Shown here piece by piece: positions 36,630 through 51,110 of a DNA stretch of 64,000 nt. Positions within the stretch are counted from its first letter, which is position 1. Each line of letters starts with the position of its first letter. Under the pieces are notes generated by a model. That model worked only from the letters and a program-made list of their open reading frames with translations. It was not told where the DNA came from and searched no databases. The position numbers and the translations under genes are program-made. Source of the DNA: Eledone cirrhosa (taxonomy: Eukaryota); assembly GCA_964016885.1 (NCBI GenBank), contig OZ024740.1, forward strand, positions 41,106,001 to 41,170,000, read 5' to 3'.

Positions 36630-38369
36630 CCTTTCTGCATCAAATATTTATACTCTGCTTTGTATTGAGTACTTTACTTACTGTGGTTACCCCCGATTGA
36701 ACTCGGGATAAACTTATATATATATATGTATGTGTGTGCGTGTGTGAGTATTCGGCAAGCGGATGTCTAGAGATAGCCAATTTCTCGTTCGAACTATCAT
36801 TAATCAATAATTATCATCAATCATTTAATCATGCCTTAGTATGAGGCCTTTATCAATACACGTAAACCCATCAATACACGTAATTCCATCGTAGTACGAC
36901 TAAATATGTTTTCATACACACAATTTGCTGATTCATATACTGTATGGCGCTTATGATAATTTTGGTTAAGATAATTAGTAAACATGTACACTTCCCTGCT
37001 AATCATTTTCTATGCCAGAACTAAGAATTTTGATAATTAAATCATACATATATTTTTAAAGAAAACAAAAGAAAAAAAAAACGAAAAAAAAACAAAAACG
37101 AAACAAAATAAAAAACAACAACAACGTTTTCTAAATTTGGCTCAATGTATTTTCAAGTAGGAAGTAAATAAATAAATATATTAATGGAATGAGATGAAGA
37201 AGAAAATGTAGTTACATAAACAACGACTATTGATAGCTGATACTTAAGGAAACCGGAATTCGATAATTTTGTCGATGGAAAGTAATTCTTATTATAAGTT
37301 AAGAGAGAATGAAGACGAATTTAATTAATTTAAATGTAATTGCAATCAGGTTTTATTGCAATAGAAAACATAAATAGTATTATTAAAGTAATTAAAAACT
37401 ACTGATATAATTATGTTTCGCAGAAAAAGTAAACTAAACAAACTGCAGTATTTTACATAAAAGTGGGTCTAATAACAGAGAAACAAATGAGACGACCATC
37501 TTGTTCGATCTGTTGTATATTATATAGCCTTTTCTAGTTCGATCTGTCTGATATCATACAGTATTTTCTAGTTCGATCTCTGTGATATCATAGATCCATC
37601 TCTAGTTGTTACTTGAAATACTACCACTACCACCGCTACTACCATTATCTCCCACCACCACCACCCCTATCCTCAACACTTTCCACCCCATTATCCCCTA
37701 CCACTATCGCTACCCCCCCACTATCACCATTATATCCACAACCCACCACTATCACCATTATCTCCACCACCTACAACTATCACCGCCCCCACCAAACTCA
37801 TTACACAACAAATATTCTTTCGGAGAAGAGAGATTTCCATTAGATCCAAATCATTCTGTCCATGATTGGGTAGAATTACAACACTGGCAAGACATCTTAT
37901 AGAGGATCTCGAAGAAAGAATGTTTAAAGCTGTCCTATACACCAATAACTTTTCATCTACTTCCAATACGTTTAATGTTAAGAACTAAACATAATCATTT
38001 GAGGTGATTGAGGAGTGAATTGCTGTTTAACGGCTGTCATTCAATTCCAGACGCTACCCGATCAACTTCAACAATTGTAAGTGCAATCAACGACAACACC
38101 ATGGGATATAAATCAATTCAGTCTGTAATATATAAATATTTGTAAACTTTACTACAGTCTATTAATGTTAGTTTGTTGTTATGTTCTTCCTGACATTTTG
38201 TTAACAACGTATCTACAGAAATGTTGTCAATGTATTTATTTCTCTCCATCACCGAAACGACATGAATCCCAGACAACACACACACATGTACACATAGACA
38301 CACACACACACAGACACACACATGTACACATAGACACACACACACACAGACACACACAGACACACACAT

Positions 38370-38401
<32 letters not shown>

Positions 38402-38409
38402 GCGCGCGC

Positions 38410-38452
<43 letters not shown>

Positions 38453-38869
38453 CAGAGGCACTCCTTCCATACACACAGAAACATAAAATCACAGAAACAA
38501 AAGATTTCTGTTAAAAGTTGATTTCCTAAGTTTTTGAAGCGGAAATCAACAGACGCATTAAAGAGAGAAAGAAAAAAAAGTTACAAATTTTCCTGGTGAC
38601 TATAAGTAATTTCTAAAACGATTTAGTTTATTTTGCTATATACTTCCCCTTTAGAATAGCCACAAGATCGATTTTTGCAGAAGAGAGCATAATGGATAAG
38701 TTCGATTTGATATATTTCTGTTTCTGTTAGGGCAGAATTCTGATTGGCAGAATCGTTAAAGCGTGGGCAACAATGACTTTACCTATTTAATTATGGCGCT
38801 TTACGTTGTAACTAGTAAACAAACATTTAAAAAGGGGAGAATTTTGAGAAAACAATAATATATAAATAA

Positions 38870-39415
38870 GATGACTGATAAAATGACAAGTCAGTCAATC
38901 ATATTGATGGCCTCACCACAGCCCCGGCAGACAGAATGGAGAAGGCGTTTCCCCGTAGGATGTTAAGGGAGATGCGCTGGAAGAGCCATTCCATCTCGCG
39001 AGGCTCACACCTACGGCTGGCCAGCTCAGCACCTATGGTGGTGAGTAGGGAGGTAGCCCTAGCGCCGAGGACACCAGAAGTCTCCACTGCCAAGGGTACG
39101 ACCGCAAACCTGTCGGAAAGCGACCGGTATTTGGAGAGTTTGGCCTCCTCAGCCCGACGTGCAGCAGAACCTGGGTTAGTCGCAGACTGCACCAGGTTGC
39201 GGCTGGAGAAAGTGTCGCTGCATGTGGCATCCCAGACGAGGGGTTTGCCACCGCGGAACGGGAAGATGGTCACGCCATCTGCCCTTTTTGCCGTTCCCTC
39301 GGTCCAGCCCCACCGGCTCGAGCTGGGAAGGAAAGCCTGCAGCGTCCAAGCCATGCTTTATGACCTCGTTGAGGGCAGCATGGTGTGGAAGGTGGCCGGC
39401 ACTGTGCGACAAATT
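38870..39415 (-). mobile_element. CRE-like non-LTR retrotransposon 3' end (restriction-like endonuclease)
   Basis: KRADGVTIFPFRGGKPLVWDATCSDT..AEEAKLSKY..VPLAVETSG..LFQRISLNILRGNA. Confidence 0.85.
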
Positions 39416-39424
39416 CCACCGAAG

Positions 39425-39650
39425 TCAAGTTTGTCCTTCATCCTGCCGTGATGGATAAAATGAAGTACCAGTTAAGTGCTGGGGTCGATTTAATCGACTT
39501 TACTTCTTTTCTAGAATTTCTGGTCATGTGTTATTAGTTCTTATTTCATCGATGTTGTCACGATAAAAGGCGAAGTTGATCTCGGCGGATTCCAACACAA
39601 ATGAAAAACTTTAAAGAATTTTGTTCAGCGCTTTATAGTTTCAGTCAATT
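39425..39650. mobile_element. Two diverged SINE fragments in opposite orientation
   Basis: SINE core motifs. Confidence 0.7.
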
Positions 39651-39656
39651 TTTTTG

Positions 39657-42100
39657 CTAAACCGAGTAATAAGGATTATGATTTTCTCTTTCCGATTTTC
39701 TCTCTCTTGCTCTCCCTTCTTTCTCCCCCCCTTGCACTCTCTCTTTTTCTCCATCGATATAAACAGTAGGGTCTCGGAAGATCGACTTTCCCTCGAGATT
39801 CAGGTCTTTCCTAGACAGCACTACCACCTTACCTCCCATTCCCGGCCGACTTAGAGATGCAAAGATCTGATAGTCGTCGAAAATGGGGGCGATCACATCC
39901 ATATCTAGTGACCTGAGGTCGTTCAGCAGGTGACCTTGTTTCCAGGATGACTCCAGGCCACGAACATTTAAGCATCCTACTCTTAGGATGGCCATGCTAG
40001 CAGGCTAAAAGAAAGACGAAAGGGTTACTAACCTCCTGGGGGCTTGTGAAGGTCGAGTGGTTCGACCTCCATGATTGGTGGGGCTTCCATTAGAAACCCC
40101 TTTAAAAGCCTACTCGAGGCTTTCACATTAGGGGTTCCCACGTCGTCGGGAAAGCTCTCCCTAATGTTTTTGTAAGTGTTTATTGGCATCTGCGCCAACA
40201 GTAGTGTTTGGGGCACTTTGAAGATGCAGGGGCCAAATATCTCTCCCTCTTTCTTAATGTCTTGACTTCATGTTGCAAGGGCCATAAGTTTTTTGTTGGT
40301 CCTTGTTAGTAACACGAAGTTGGATGTGTCTGTGGTTGTAGGTGTCTGCGTGTATTTTCTTTTGTGGGGCAGTTGTGTCAGTGTTGTTGATAGTGGTTCT
40401 GTTTTTGTTGACGGTTGTGGTGTTGGTGTTATTGTGGGTGTGTTTTGTGTGCTTGTTGGTGTGTGTGGAGATGAATTTTTCGTTTTCTCTTTTGCTTTTT
40501 TGGTTTTTGGGGTTCCTCTCATCTTCACTTGGAGATGTGGAGGATCTGGTGTTCGGGGACTCTATGTCAGAGGGAAATGGGAGTGTATTTGAAAGAGAAG
40601 GAGAGGGAGAGCTTGTTTGGGGGATTCCCTGGGTGGTTTTAATGGTCCTTGTTGTTGCTGGTGTTGTTGTTTCCTTTGCTGTTGTTGCTGCTTGTGCTGG
40701 TGTTGACTTTTGTCCCGGCATCGAACTTAGCAACAACGGAGATTTGTGCCCCCCTGCAGTTTTCAGCTGGGGGCAAAAGGTTCGCAGATGTGTGGCCTCA
40801 CCACAAACGAAACAGTGCGACCGTTTGACCTCCGTGACTACCTGGATTTCGTACCAGTCCGGTAGTTTACTGTGGTCTGGGATATATTTTATGCCTTCGG
40901 GTCTGATTTGGAGAAGAATCTCCAAATCAGTCTCGGACCACCTCTCCCTTTTTGTAAACTTGACGTCAAGGAAGATGTCAGGGCCCTCTGCCACCATAAG
41001 TCCAGTCCCGATGGAATCCTGGGAACACGGGCCCTTACTGTCCCCCTCCCTATGTAGGACGTGTACATAATTACTTGGTTCGTTTTGCACGGGACCACAG
41101 AATATTTGATAGCGAGGGCCTCAGATTTGATGAGCATCAAGATGTTCTCAAATTGTTTGGCCCTTGCTATATGCTCTGTTTCATTATTGTTTATACATTT
41201 CAGTGCCGCCTCAATCTGTCTTCGCACCGGTCGCCGTCGATACCTCAGGCGTACTCTGACCCCGTACTGCCGAGCTCCTCTGCAAGATCGGAGCGTCGGC
41301 GGCCCGTCTGAGGAGGGAGCCCCGCGAGGTTGGGTGGCTGTTGTAGTGTGTCACTGGCCATCGTCCGGGGGAATGCTTTTGCCGTCTTGTCAGCGAGGCG
41401 CAGCACTTTTTCCCCCTTGCCCTAGGCCCAAAGCCCAATCACTCTTCCCCTTCACCCATCCCCTCTTTTCTGCGACATCAGAGCTCTTGCCATCCCTCCC
41501 CTTCCCGTTCTTTTTCTTCTTTCTTTCTTTCTTTCTTTTCTTTTGTTTCCCCCTTTGAAAAATTTTTTTTCTTACTAAATCTTATCTTAAAAATAAACAT
41601 CTGTCTTTTGGAGGCTGTCTCGGCTTTTCGAGATTTCACTGAAATGTATCGATATTTCAATGTTCTCCTCTCCTTTGCTGCCATTACCTTTGTCGGGACG
41701 TTTAACTTGGCCCAGGTCTTTTCTATCGTTATAATTTTTTCCGCCTGAGTCAAGCATTCATTTTTGTTGTTGTTAAGTCGTAATTGTAAACGCGTTTGAT
41801 TCTGCGAAAGCACTCCTGTTTTTCCATTCTTTTTGGCACCTTTTTTTTGCTGCTTTTCATTGTTGCTGATAGTGTTGTCGTTATTCATGTTGTTGTTGGT
41901 GATGTCGTTGTTGGTGTTGTTGTTGTTGTTGTTGCTATTGTTGTTGCTGTTGTTGGTGTTGTCATTCTCGTTCACATTTGTGTTTTCACTGTAGTTAGTG
42001 CTGCTGTTGGCGATACTACCTAATGTGCTGTTGGTGTTCATAATTGGTGGTGGGAGGGGCAGCGTTATTTATCTCAACGTTCGAGCCACTGTCACGTGAC
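39657..42100 (-). mobile_element. L1/Tx1-like LINE 5' part (ORF1 with CCHC knuckle, start of APE), 3'-truncated
   Basis: CFVCGEATHLRTFCP in ORF 40254-41090; MAILRVGCLNVRGL at 39995; purine-rich leader shared with 51190-51370; 5' boundary uncertain. Confidence 0.78.
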
Positions 42101-42114
42101 AGCTAGTTGAACGT

Positions 42115-42145
<31 letters not shown>

Positions 42146-42812
42146 CGTGCTCCGTCCATGTTTTTTTTTCTTAGAAAAATATTTTTCAAGAAAAAAAGTT
42201 TAAAATATTTGGGTCCAAGGCCCAAATATTATGGGGTCGCATTAACAACAACAACAACAACAACAACAACAATAATTGTTATTTGTAGCTATAATCTATT
42301 TAATGGTTTAGTTATCGATATTGACATATTTCCCTACCCGAACACCAACACCAATCTTTGATGCCTTTTACGGATTTTCTAATAATTGTTTCTACTTTAG
42401 GCACAAGGCCAGCAATTACCCAGTGTTGACCAAAAAACTGACTTAATAATTATTTTCCAACATTCCTTCTTCACTCTGTCAATATAGATCTTTTCTTTGG
42501 ATGACTTAATTCAGAAATAATCACCTCGTTAAGAAATCTTTGATTTTATAGTAACGACTATCTCTCCACACTTGTAAACTGCCATCTTAATTCTTTATTT
42601 TATTCAATTTTTTTTCGTCAATTGTTTTTTGTCAGACGTAATGTATTTACGGGATGTATTTGAATTCTAAAATAATTCTTCCATTCAGACTGTTTTGTTA
42701 GGGTTAAAAATGGCTAACTGAACACACACGTGCTTTTTCTCTTCAAAAATATTTTTTTCGTTCCTTCCTCTTCTCACTCTCTATCTTTCTATTTCATTTC
42801 CCCCTTCATTCT

Positions 42813-42850
42813 ATCTTTTGATGAAGGACTAGTGTTCGAAACGTCATGAC
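42813..42850 (+). ncRNA. Degenerate minimal hammerhead motif
   Basis: TTGATGA-aGGACtagtGTTC-GAAA-CG-TC^-ATGAC; C3U uncompensated. Confidence 0.55.
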
Positions 42851-43074
42851 TATTTTCCTACTATATCAAACGTTAAACTAACATATTTCTTCGTTGTACT
42901 GTATTGTTTGTTTTGTTGTTTCCATTTACTTTTCGCATACATATCTAAGTATACGGTTTGCAACGATTTATAATTATTCAATCACAACTACTATTTAACA
43001 AAAGAGGGGTTTCTCCAACTAGTTTTGGAATATAAGTGATGATATCAACCACAGTACATTACTGGTACTCATTA

Positions 43075-43290
43075 GGTCCCGTGTCCGATCCTACTGCGTA
43101 GCATCTTATGCAAGTATCAATTTCCATAGTCTCTGATCGACCAATGCCATGGCAGTGAAATCAGGTAGACGGAAGCTATATGGAAGCCTATCAGATGTAC
43201 TCTACCTATAATACAAAGGGTCAGCCATGTTATACACCGTGGAATGTTCGATTACTTGAGTAGGGTCTTCTGCTGATCGAACAACAGTTA
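43075..43290 (+). mobile_element. Decayed second SINE family
   Basis: B-box-like GTGTCCGATCCTACTGCG followed by a CORE-like ATCTTATGCAAGT; recognition from memory only. Confidence 0.45.
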
Positions 43291-43330
43291 TTGGACATAA
43301 TGATTGTGAACCGAGCGTCTTACCCATTCC

Positions 43331-46300
43331 ACGACGACGACGACGACCACCACTACTAACACCACCACTACCACCACTACTAACACCACCACCACCACCA
43401 CCACCACTACTAACACCACCACCACCACCACCACCACCACCACCACCACCACCACCACCACCACTACTAACACCACCACCACCATCACCACTAGTAACAC
43501 TACTACTAACACCACCACTACCACCACCACTACTAACACCACCACCACCATTACTAACACTACCACTACCACCACTACTAACACCACCACTACCACCACT
43601 ACTAACACCACCACCACCACCACCACCACCACCACCACCACCACCACCACCACTACTAACACCACCACTACCACCACTACTAACACCACCACCACCACCA
43701 CCACCACCACCACCACCACCACTACCACCACTACTAACACCACCACCACCACCACCACTACTAACACCACCACTACCACCACTACTAACACCACCACTAC
43801 CACCACTACTAACACCACCACCACCACCACCACCACCACCACCACCACCACTACCACCACTACTAACACCACCACTACCACCACTACTAACACCACCACC
43901 ACCACCACCACCACCACCACCACCACCACTACCACCACTACTAACACCACCACCACCACCACCACTACTAACACCACCACTACCACCACTACTAACACCA
44001 CCACTACCACCACTACTAACACCACCACTACCACCACTACTAACACCACCACCACCACCACCACCACCACCACCACCACCACCACCACCACCACCACTAC
44101 TAATACTACAACTACCACCACTACTAACACCACCACTACCACCACTACTAACACCACCACCACCACCACCACCACCACCACCACCACCACTACTAACACC
44201 ACCACTACCACCACTACTAACACCACCACCACCACCACCACTACTAACACCACCACTACCACCACTACTAACACCACCACTACCACCACTACTAACACCA
44301 CCACTACCACCACTACTAACACCACCACCACCACCACCACCACCACCACCACCACCACCACCACCACCACCACCACCACTACTAATACTACAACTACCAC
44401 CACTACTAACACCACCACCACCACCACTACTAATACCACAACTACCACCACTACTAACACCACAACCACAACCACCACCACCACCACTACTAATACCACA
44501 ACTACCACCACTACTAACACCACAACCACAACCACCACCACCACCACTACTAATACCACAACTACCACCACTACTAACACCACAACCACAACCACCACCA
44601 CCACCACCACTACTAATACTACAACTACCACCACTACTAACACCACCACCACCACCACTACTAATACCACAACTACCACCACTACTAACACCACCACAAC
44701 CACCACCACCACCACCACCATCACAACGACGACCACCACTAACACCACCACTACCACCACTACCACCACTACTAATACCACAACTACCACCACTACTAAC
44801 ACCACCACCACCACCACCACCACCACCACCACCACCACCACTAACACCACCATTACCACCACTACTAATACCACAATTACCACCACTACTAACACCACCA
44901 CCACCACCACCACCACCGCCGCCACCACCACCACCACCACTACTAACACCACAACTACCACCACTACTAACACCACCACAACCACCATCACCACCACTAC
45001 CACCACTACTAACACCACCACTACCACCACTACTAACACCACCACCACCACCACCACCACCACCACCACCACCACTACCACCACTACTAACACCACCACC
45101 ACCACCACCACTACTAACACCACCACTACCACCACTACTAACACCACCACTACCACCACTACTAACACCACCACTACCACCACTACTAACACCACCACCA
45201 CCACCACCACCACCACCACCACCACCACCACCACCACCACCACCACTACTAATACTACAACTACCACCACTACTAACACCACCACTACCACCACTACTAA
45301 CACCACCACCACCACCACCACCACCACCACCACCACCACTACTAACACCACCACTACCACCACTACTAACACCACCACCACCACCACCACTACTAACACC
45401 ACCACTACCACCACTACTAACACCACCACTACCACCACTACTAACACCACCACTACCACCACTACTAACACCACCACCACCACCACCACCACCACCACCA
45501 CCACCACCACCACCACCACCACCACTACTAATACTACAACTACCACCACTACTAACACCACCACCACCACCACTACTAATACCACAACTACCACCACTAC
45601 TAACACCACAACCACAACCACCACCACCACCACTACTAATACCACAACTACCACCACTACTAACACCACAACCACAACCACCACCACCACCACTACTAAT
45701 ACTACAACTACCACCACTACTAACACCACCACCACCACCACTACTAATACCACAACTACCACCACTACTAACACCACAACCACAACCACCACCACCACCA
45801 CTACTAATACCACAACTACCACCACTACTAACACCACAACCACAACCACCACCACCACCACTACTAATACCACAACTACCACCACTACTAACACCACAAC
45901 CACAACCACCACCACCACCACCACTACTAATACTACAACTACCACCACTACTAACACCACCACCACCACCACTACTAATACCACAACTACCACCACTACT
46001 AACACCACCACAACCACCACCACCACCACCACCATCACAACGACGACCACCACTAACACCACCACTACCACCACTACCACCACTACTAATACCACAACTA
46101 CCACCACTACTAACACCACCACCACCACCACCACCACCACCACCACCACCACCACTAACACCACCATTACCACCACTACTAATACCACAATTACCACCAC
46201 TACTAACACCACCACCACCACCACCACCACCGCCGCCACCACCACCACCACCACTACTAACACCACAACTACCACCACTACTAACACCACCACAACCACC

Positions 46301-47165
46301 ATCACCACCACTACTAACACCACAACCACAACCACCACCACTACTAACACCACCACCACCACCACCACCACCACCACTACTAACACCACCACAACCACCA
46401 TCACCACCACTACTAACACCACAACCACAACCACCACCACTACTAACACCACCACCACCACCACCACCACCACCACTATTAACACCACAACCACAACCAC
46501 CATCACCACCACCACCACCACCACCACTACTAACACCACAACCACAACCACCATCACCACCACTACCATCACTACTAACACCACAACCACCATCACCACC
46601 ATCACAATTACCACCACTACTAACACCACAACCACAACCACAACCACAACCACAATCACAACCACAACCACCACCACTACCACCACTACTAACACCACAA
46701 CCACAACCACCACCACTACCACCACTACTAACACCACAACCACAACCACCATCACCACCACTACTAACACCACAACCACAATCTCCATTATCACCACTAC
46801 CATTACCACCACTACTAACACCACAGCCACAACCACCACCATCACCACTACCACTAACAACACCACAACTACCATCACCACCACCTCCACCACAACCATT
46901 ACCTCCACCATCACCATTACCACCATAGCCCCCACCAACACCACAGTTGCCACCAAAGACGCCCCCCCACCACTACCTCCACCTCAACCATAGCTCCCCC
47001 ACACAACTATCTCGATAGCCCCCCCATTATCACCACTAACACCACCACTACCGCCACCACAACCATAGCTTCCCCACACCACTACCACGACAGCGCTCTC
47101 TATCATCACCACTAACACCACCACGACTACAACTACTACTACAACCACTACTACTACCACACCAG
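43331..47165. repeat. 3.8-kb (ACC/ACT/AAC/ACA) triplet satellite with 24-bp and 1314-bp higher-order periods
   Basis: ACCACCACTACCACCACTACTAAC unit; rare markers recur at 44721/46035 and 44918/46232. Confidence 0.95.
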
Positions 47166-47417
47166 TCACTCTCCGACAGGTTTGCGGTTGCACTCTTGGC
47201 AGTGGAGACTTCTGGTGTCCACGACCCAAGGGTTACCTCCCTACTCACCACCATAGGCGCTGAGCTGGCCAGCCGCAGGTGTGAGCCCCGTGAGCTGGAA
47301 TGGCTTTTCCAGCGCCTCTCCCTTGCCGTCCTCCGGGGAAACGCCTTCTCCATTCTGTCCGCCGGGGCTGTGGGGAGGCTACGGATATGATTGACTGACT
47401 TGTCATTTTATCAGTCA
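47166..47417 (+). mobile_element. CRE-like 3' fragment, second copy
   Basis: LAVETSGV..WLFQRLSLAVLRGNAFSILS; same tail TGATTGACTGACTTGTCATTTTATCAGTCA. Confidence 0.85.
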
Positions 47418-47560
47418 GATGTTCTAATGATTCTATATGTAAAGCGATAGCCTACCTAAGAACTACCACAACTACCGTAAAATATGTTATCCAGTGTTTC
47501 ACTGTTTTTGCCACTCAGTCCTCATATATGTAAATTAGCTTGTACCGACATTTTTGATTT

Positions 47561-47815
47561 AATAATAATAATAATAATAATGAAATTATTGTGTACAGTG
47601 CTCAGGTGCACTACAACTCATCAAAGGTGCATGTATAGTACATAGAATAATATACAAATATCAGGGAAGTGAATAGTGTATGAGTCATGATATACATGTG
47701 TGCGTGTGTATGGATGGGGAATATTAGGAATCTCGGGAAGCATGGAGGTTTTAAAGGATGCAGTGCCTCAACAGCTAATAACTGATGCAGGGAGTTTGTT
47801 CCATGCTTCAGCAAC
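47561..47815 (-). mobile_element. CR1 3' end with (TTA)n tail
   Basis: Matches 7380-7630. Confidence 0.88.
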
Positions 47816-47819
47816 TACC

Positions 47820-48235
47820 AGCACAAGGCCAGCAAATTTTTAGGGAACGCAAAGGGAATTAAATCGACTTTATTTTATCGACCCCGGAAGGATGAAAAGC
47901 AAAGTTGACCTCGGTGGGATTTGAACCCAAAACGTAAAGAATCGGAAACTATATCACAAAACAATTTATCCGATGCTCTAACGATTCTGCCAAACCCCCA
48001 TCTTCCCCCACCTATATATTGGTTTCTTATATAGGCACAAGGCCAGCAATTTTGGGGGAGGGGAAAGTCGATTAAATCGACCCAGTACATTACTGGTACT
48101 TTATTTTATCGACCCCGTAAGGATGAAAGGCAAAGTTAACCTCGGCGGGATTTGAATTTAGATCATAAAGGGCCGTAACTCTTTGTTGCAAAGCATGGCG
48201 TCCGACCTTCTACTGATACTGGCAATCCACCGCCC
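47820..48235 (-). mobile_element. Two SINE copies (47820-47995; 48020-48235 with TSD CCCACCTATATATTG)
   Basis: SINE head and core; TSD read directly. Confidence 0.9.
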
Positions 48236-49167
48236 TTTTCCCACCTATATATTGAAATATAAATATTCCAATACCACAACACCTAAATAGTTTTGGGGTT
48301 AATACACGCCATGGGCACGTCAGCCTGCAGGGTATTCCTCACTTCAGTATTCTCTCTCTCTCCCTTAATCACACACATGCACACTTTCTCTCACGCACTC
48401 ACAAACACACACACATTTCTGTTTCTCACACACACCTTCAAGTTCAAACGCACACATACACATATGTAATATATGACAGATGTAATTAGCCTCATAATAC
48501 ACCTTTCTCTCTCTCTCCCTCTCTCTTTCCTTTTTTTCTTTATCATCCATCCCCAACACACATACACAAAAGGCAGACTCGCACACACACATGTGCACGC
48601 ACACGCACACGCACATGTGGTACACAAACTTGTGCGCACACATACATGCTCAGGCACACTCATACACTTAGTTTAAACACGATTTCTTCCATTTCTTTGA
48701 CACACACACACTCTCTCTCTCACTCCCTTTCTTGTTTTATCTTCTGTCACATTTTCACACACACACACACACACACACTGATACTTGTAGGCATGCATAT
48801 ATTCATGAATTTTGAAATGTAGATACATATTCACACATACTAACATACATGCTTTCGTAACTACACACACATTCATTAACACACACACACACACACACAC
48901 ACACATTGGTGCATGAGTTGATACACATCTCAATATGTGTTTAGTTCTTTACTTTCAACACATCCGTTTTGCCACCCTCATTTATATCAGGCTGCCTACA
49001 TCTAAGTGTGAACTATCATATTCCGTGCAGTGAGGCAAAATAATCTTTAATTCATTAAAATTAGACCAGCAGTTAAGGAGAAAAAAGAAAAGCCCCCCAA
49101 AACCTCATTAGATTTAATGATCAATTCTTGTCAAGAACAGCAAGGGAGACAACTCTAAAATCCAAAT

Positions 49168-49318
49168 TACCGTATTTCCCGGCGCCGAAGACGCTTCGTC
49201 CTCGAGGATGCACCCTAATTTTGACAACCAAAAATTAAAAAAAAAATAATAAACAACCTTCGGCCTCCAGGAAGCATGGTAGATTTTTGAGATTTTTGAA
49301 AATACGGGAAATACGGTA
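49168..49318. mobile_element. Tc2/pogo-like MITE
   Basis: TA|CCGTATTTCCCG ... CGGGAAATACGG|TA. Confidence 0.75.
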
Positions 49319-49416
49319 ATTAAAAATTGAACGAAGGAATGTTGTTTGCAAGGGAGTCTTATCCTTGGAAATTTGGGTGACAACTGAGACGTTTCAGTAT
49401 TATTATTACTGAGTAA

Positions 49417-49625
49417 AGGCAGTATCGGTAGAGAATCGGACGCCATGCTTTGTCAGCATAGAGTTACGGCTCTTTATGATCTGAGTTCAAATCCCGCCGA
49501 GATTAACTTTGCTTTTCATCCTTACGGGATCGATAAAATAAAGTACCAGTCACGCACTGGGGTCGATTTAATCGACTTTTCCCTCCCTCAAATTGCTGGC
49601 CTTGTGCCTATAGTAGAAACCATTA
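49417..49625 (+). mobile_element. tRNA-derived SINE
   Basis: Head, B box, core and tail. Confidence 0.9.
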
Positions 49626-49629
49626 TTCT

Positions 49630-51110
49630 TTGGCACATTTCATAATCTAACCAGTATTTAGCTGGAGGTTTGTTTAACTTGTTGGTTGGGATCATAGTTT
49701 GATGTCATTGAATTTTTTCGGGTTTCTGTTCGTTAAGCAGGATGTTGATCCCTGAGAAGGTTGGAATTAGGTTAAAGGAGAATTGCAAGGATTCAGTTTA
49801 ATTGGTTCTCATTTATATTGTTAAGCCCGTGTTTTATTCTAATGAACGTCTCTGTATCAGTTTGTATATGTTGGTAATGTAGGGGCAGTAGTTCTTTTGA
49901 ATCTCTTTTAGCCACACTGCATCATGGTTGAATTTCTTCTCTTCACCCCATATTTTTCTCCGGTGACATTTACTAATTTGCCATTCATATCTCTATAGAT
50001 GTTTGGTTTCGGCTGAATATTTTATTAATTATTTTTCTTTCAGCCACTCTCTTCTCGTATCGAAGTTTTTCGCTGACAGCTCTCAATTCTTGTTTGGGGT
50101 GATCAACTTGTATTGAAGAGTTCTGGTTGTACTGTCTCCAAACATCGTTTCTATTTTATTTTTCCTTATTTGTTGGTGAGTAGTGTAGCTTTTTGTTTTT
50201 GTTTGTATATGGAGAGCATTATCACATATCCTATAGTTTCCCGTAGGTCAATCTTTTTTTCTATTTAATATATGATGGTATTTTTGGTGGTGTTTTGGTG
50301 GTGTTAACATCGCTGTTATTACCAAGATAATGTTTCACTTTCATTGCTATGGCATATAAACAGACATTGATTCCCAAAATGTAGGGCTTCAATTCGTCGT
50401 AAATATTCACCTCCAATTTCATCAATAGCACGTAGGATTTCATTATTTGGTTTCTTTTTGTTTAATATCGTTGTTTTATATCATTCCGCGAGAGTAATGT
50501 TTATACATGAATTAATTTCTCTCTGGAAAGTTGCGCTGAGGGTATATTTCAATTGATTTTCCCAGCTAATGGCAGACGTATTATTGAGTGTTTTGATGTT
50601 GATCAACTTGGCTGCGAGAGCCGAAAGCAGTCGAGGTAAAGTCAGTTGATACACGTGGTGTCAAATTTCTTACTGGCATGATTGTTTCAAGTGACTGTTT
50701 GCGTAATGTTGTTGTTTTTTGATGGCCAGCCTGGCTGCTAGAAAGTCGAGTAACATGGCAGCCTGTAGCATGCATTGTTGATTGCATGTTCGATCTGGAG
50801 GATTTACAATGATTAATATTTATATTTTTACGTTCAACAAACGTTGCTTGTTGGCATAATTGTTTGGCTGTGAAGTGATTTAGTTCCGGATGTATTTCGT
50901 TCCAGTATAGCTTCATTCTGTTCATATTGACAACAGAGGGGTCTTTTTTTTGTCATTTTATCACAATTAACTAAATCGTTAAGTTGGTAACTCCAAGAAA
51001 AATGCGATTTATAATTTCGGTTCCTTCTGAAGCTAAAACTAAAAAAATAATTGTTTACCTTTCTCATGTTGTTGATGTTGTATTCATCACACTGTTTGTA
51101 GCAAATCATT
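49630..51110 (-). pseudogene. Decayed N-terminal region of an R4/Dong-like element
   Basis: MNRMKLYWNEIHPELNHFTAKQLCQQATFV and INVCLYAIA resemble R4/Dong pre-RT regions. Confidence 0.55.

Noticed and set aside
43288-46956. 1222-aa poly-Val ORF
   Set aside because: Antisense reading of a triplet satellite; not a plausible protein
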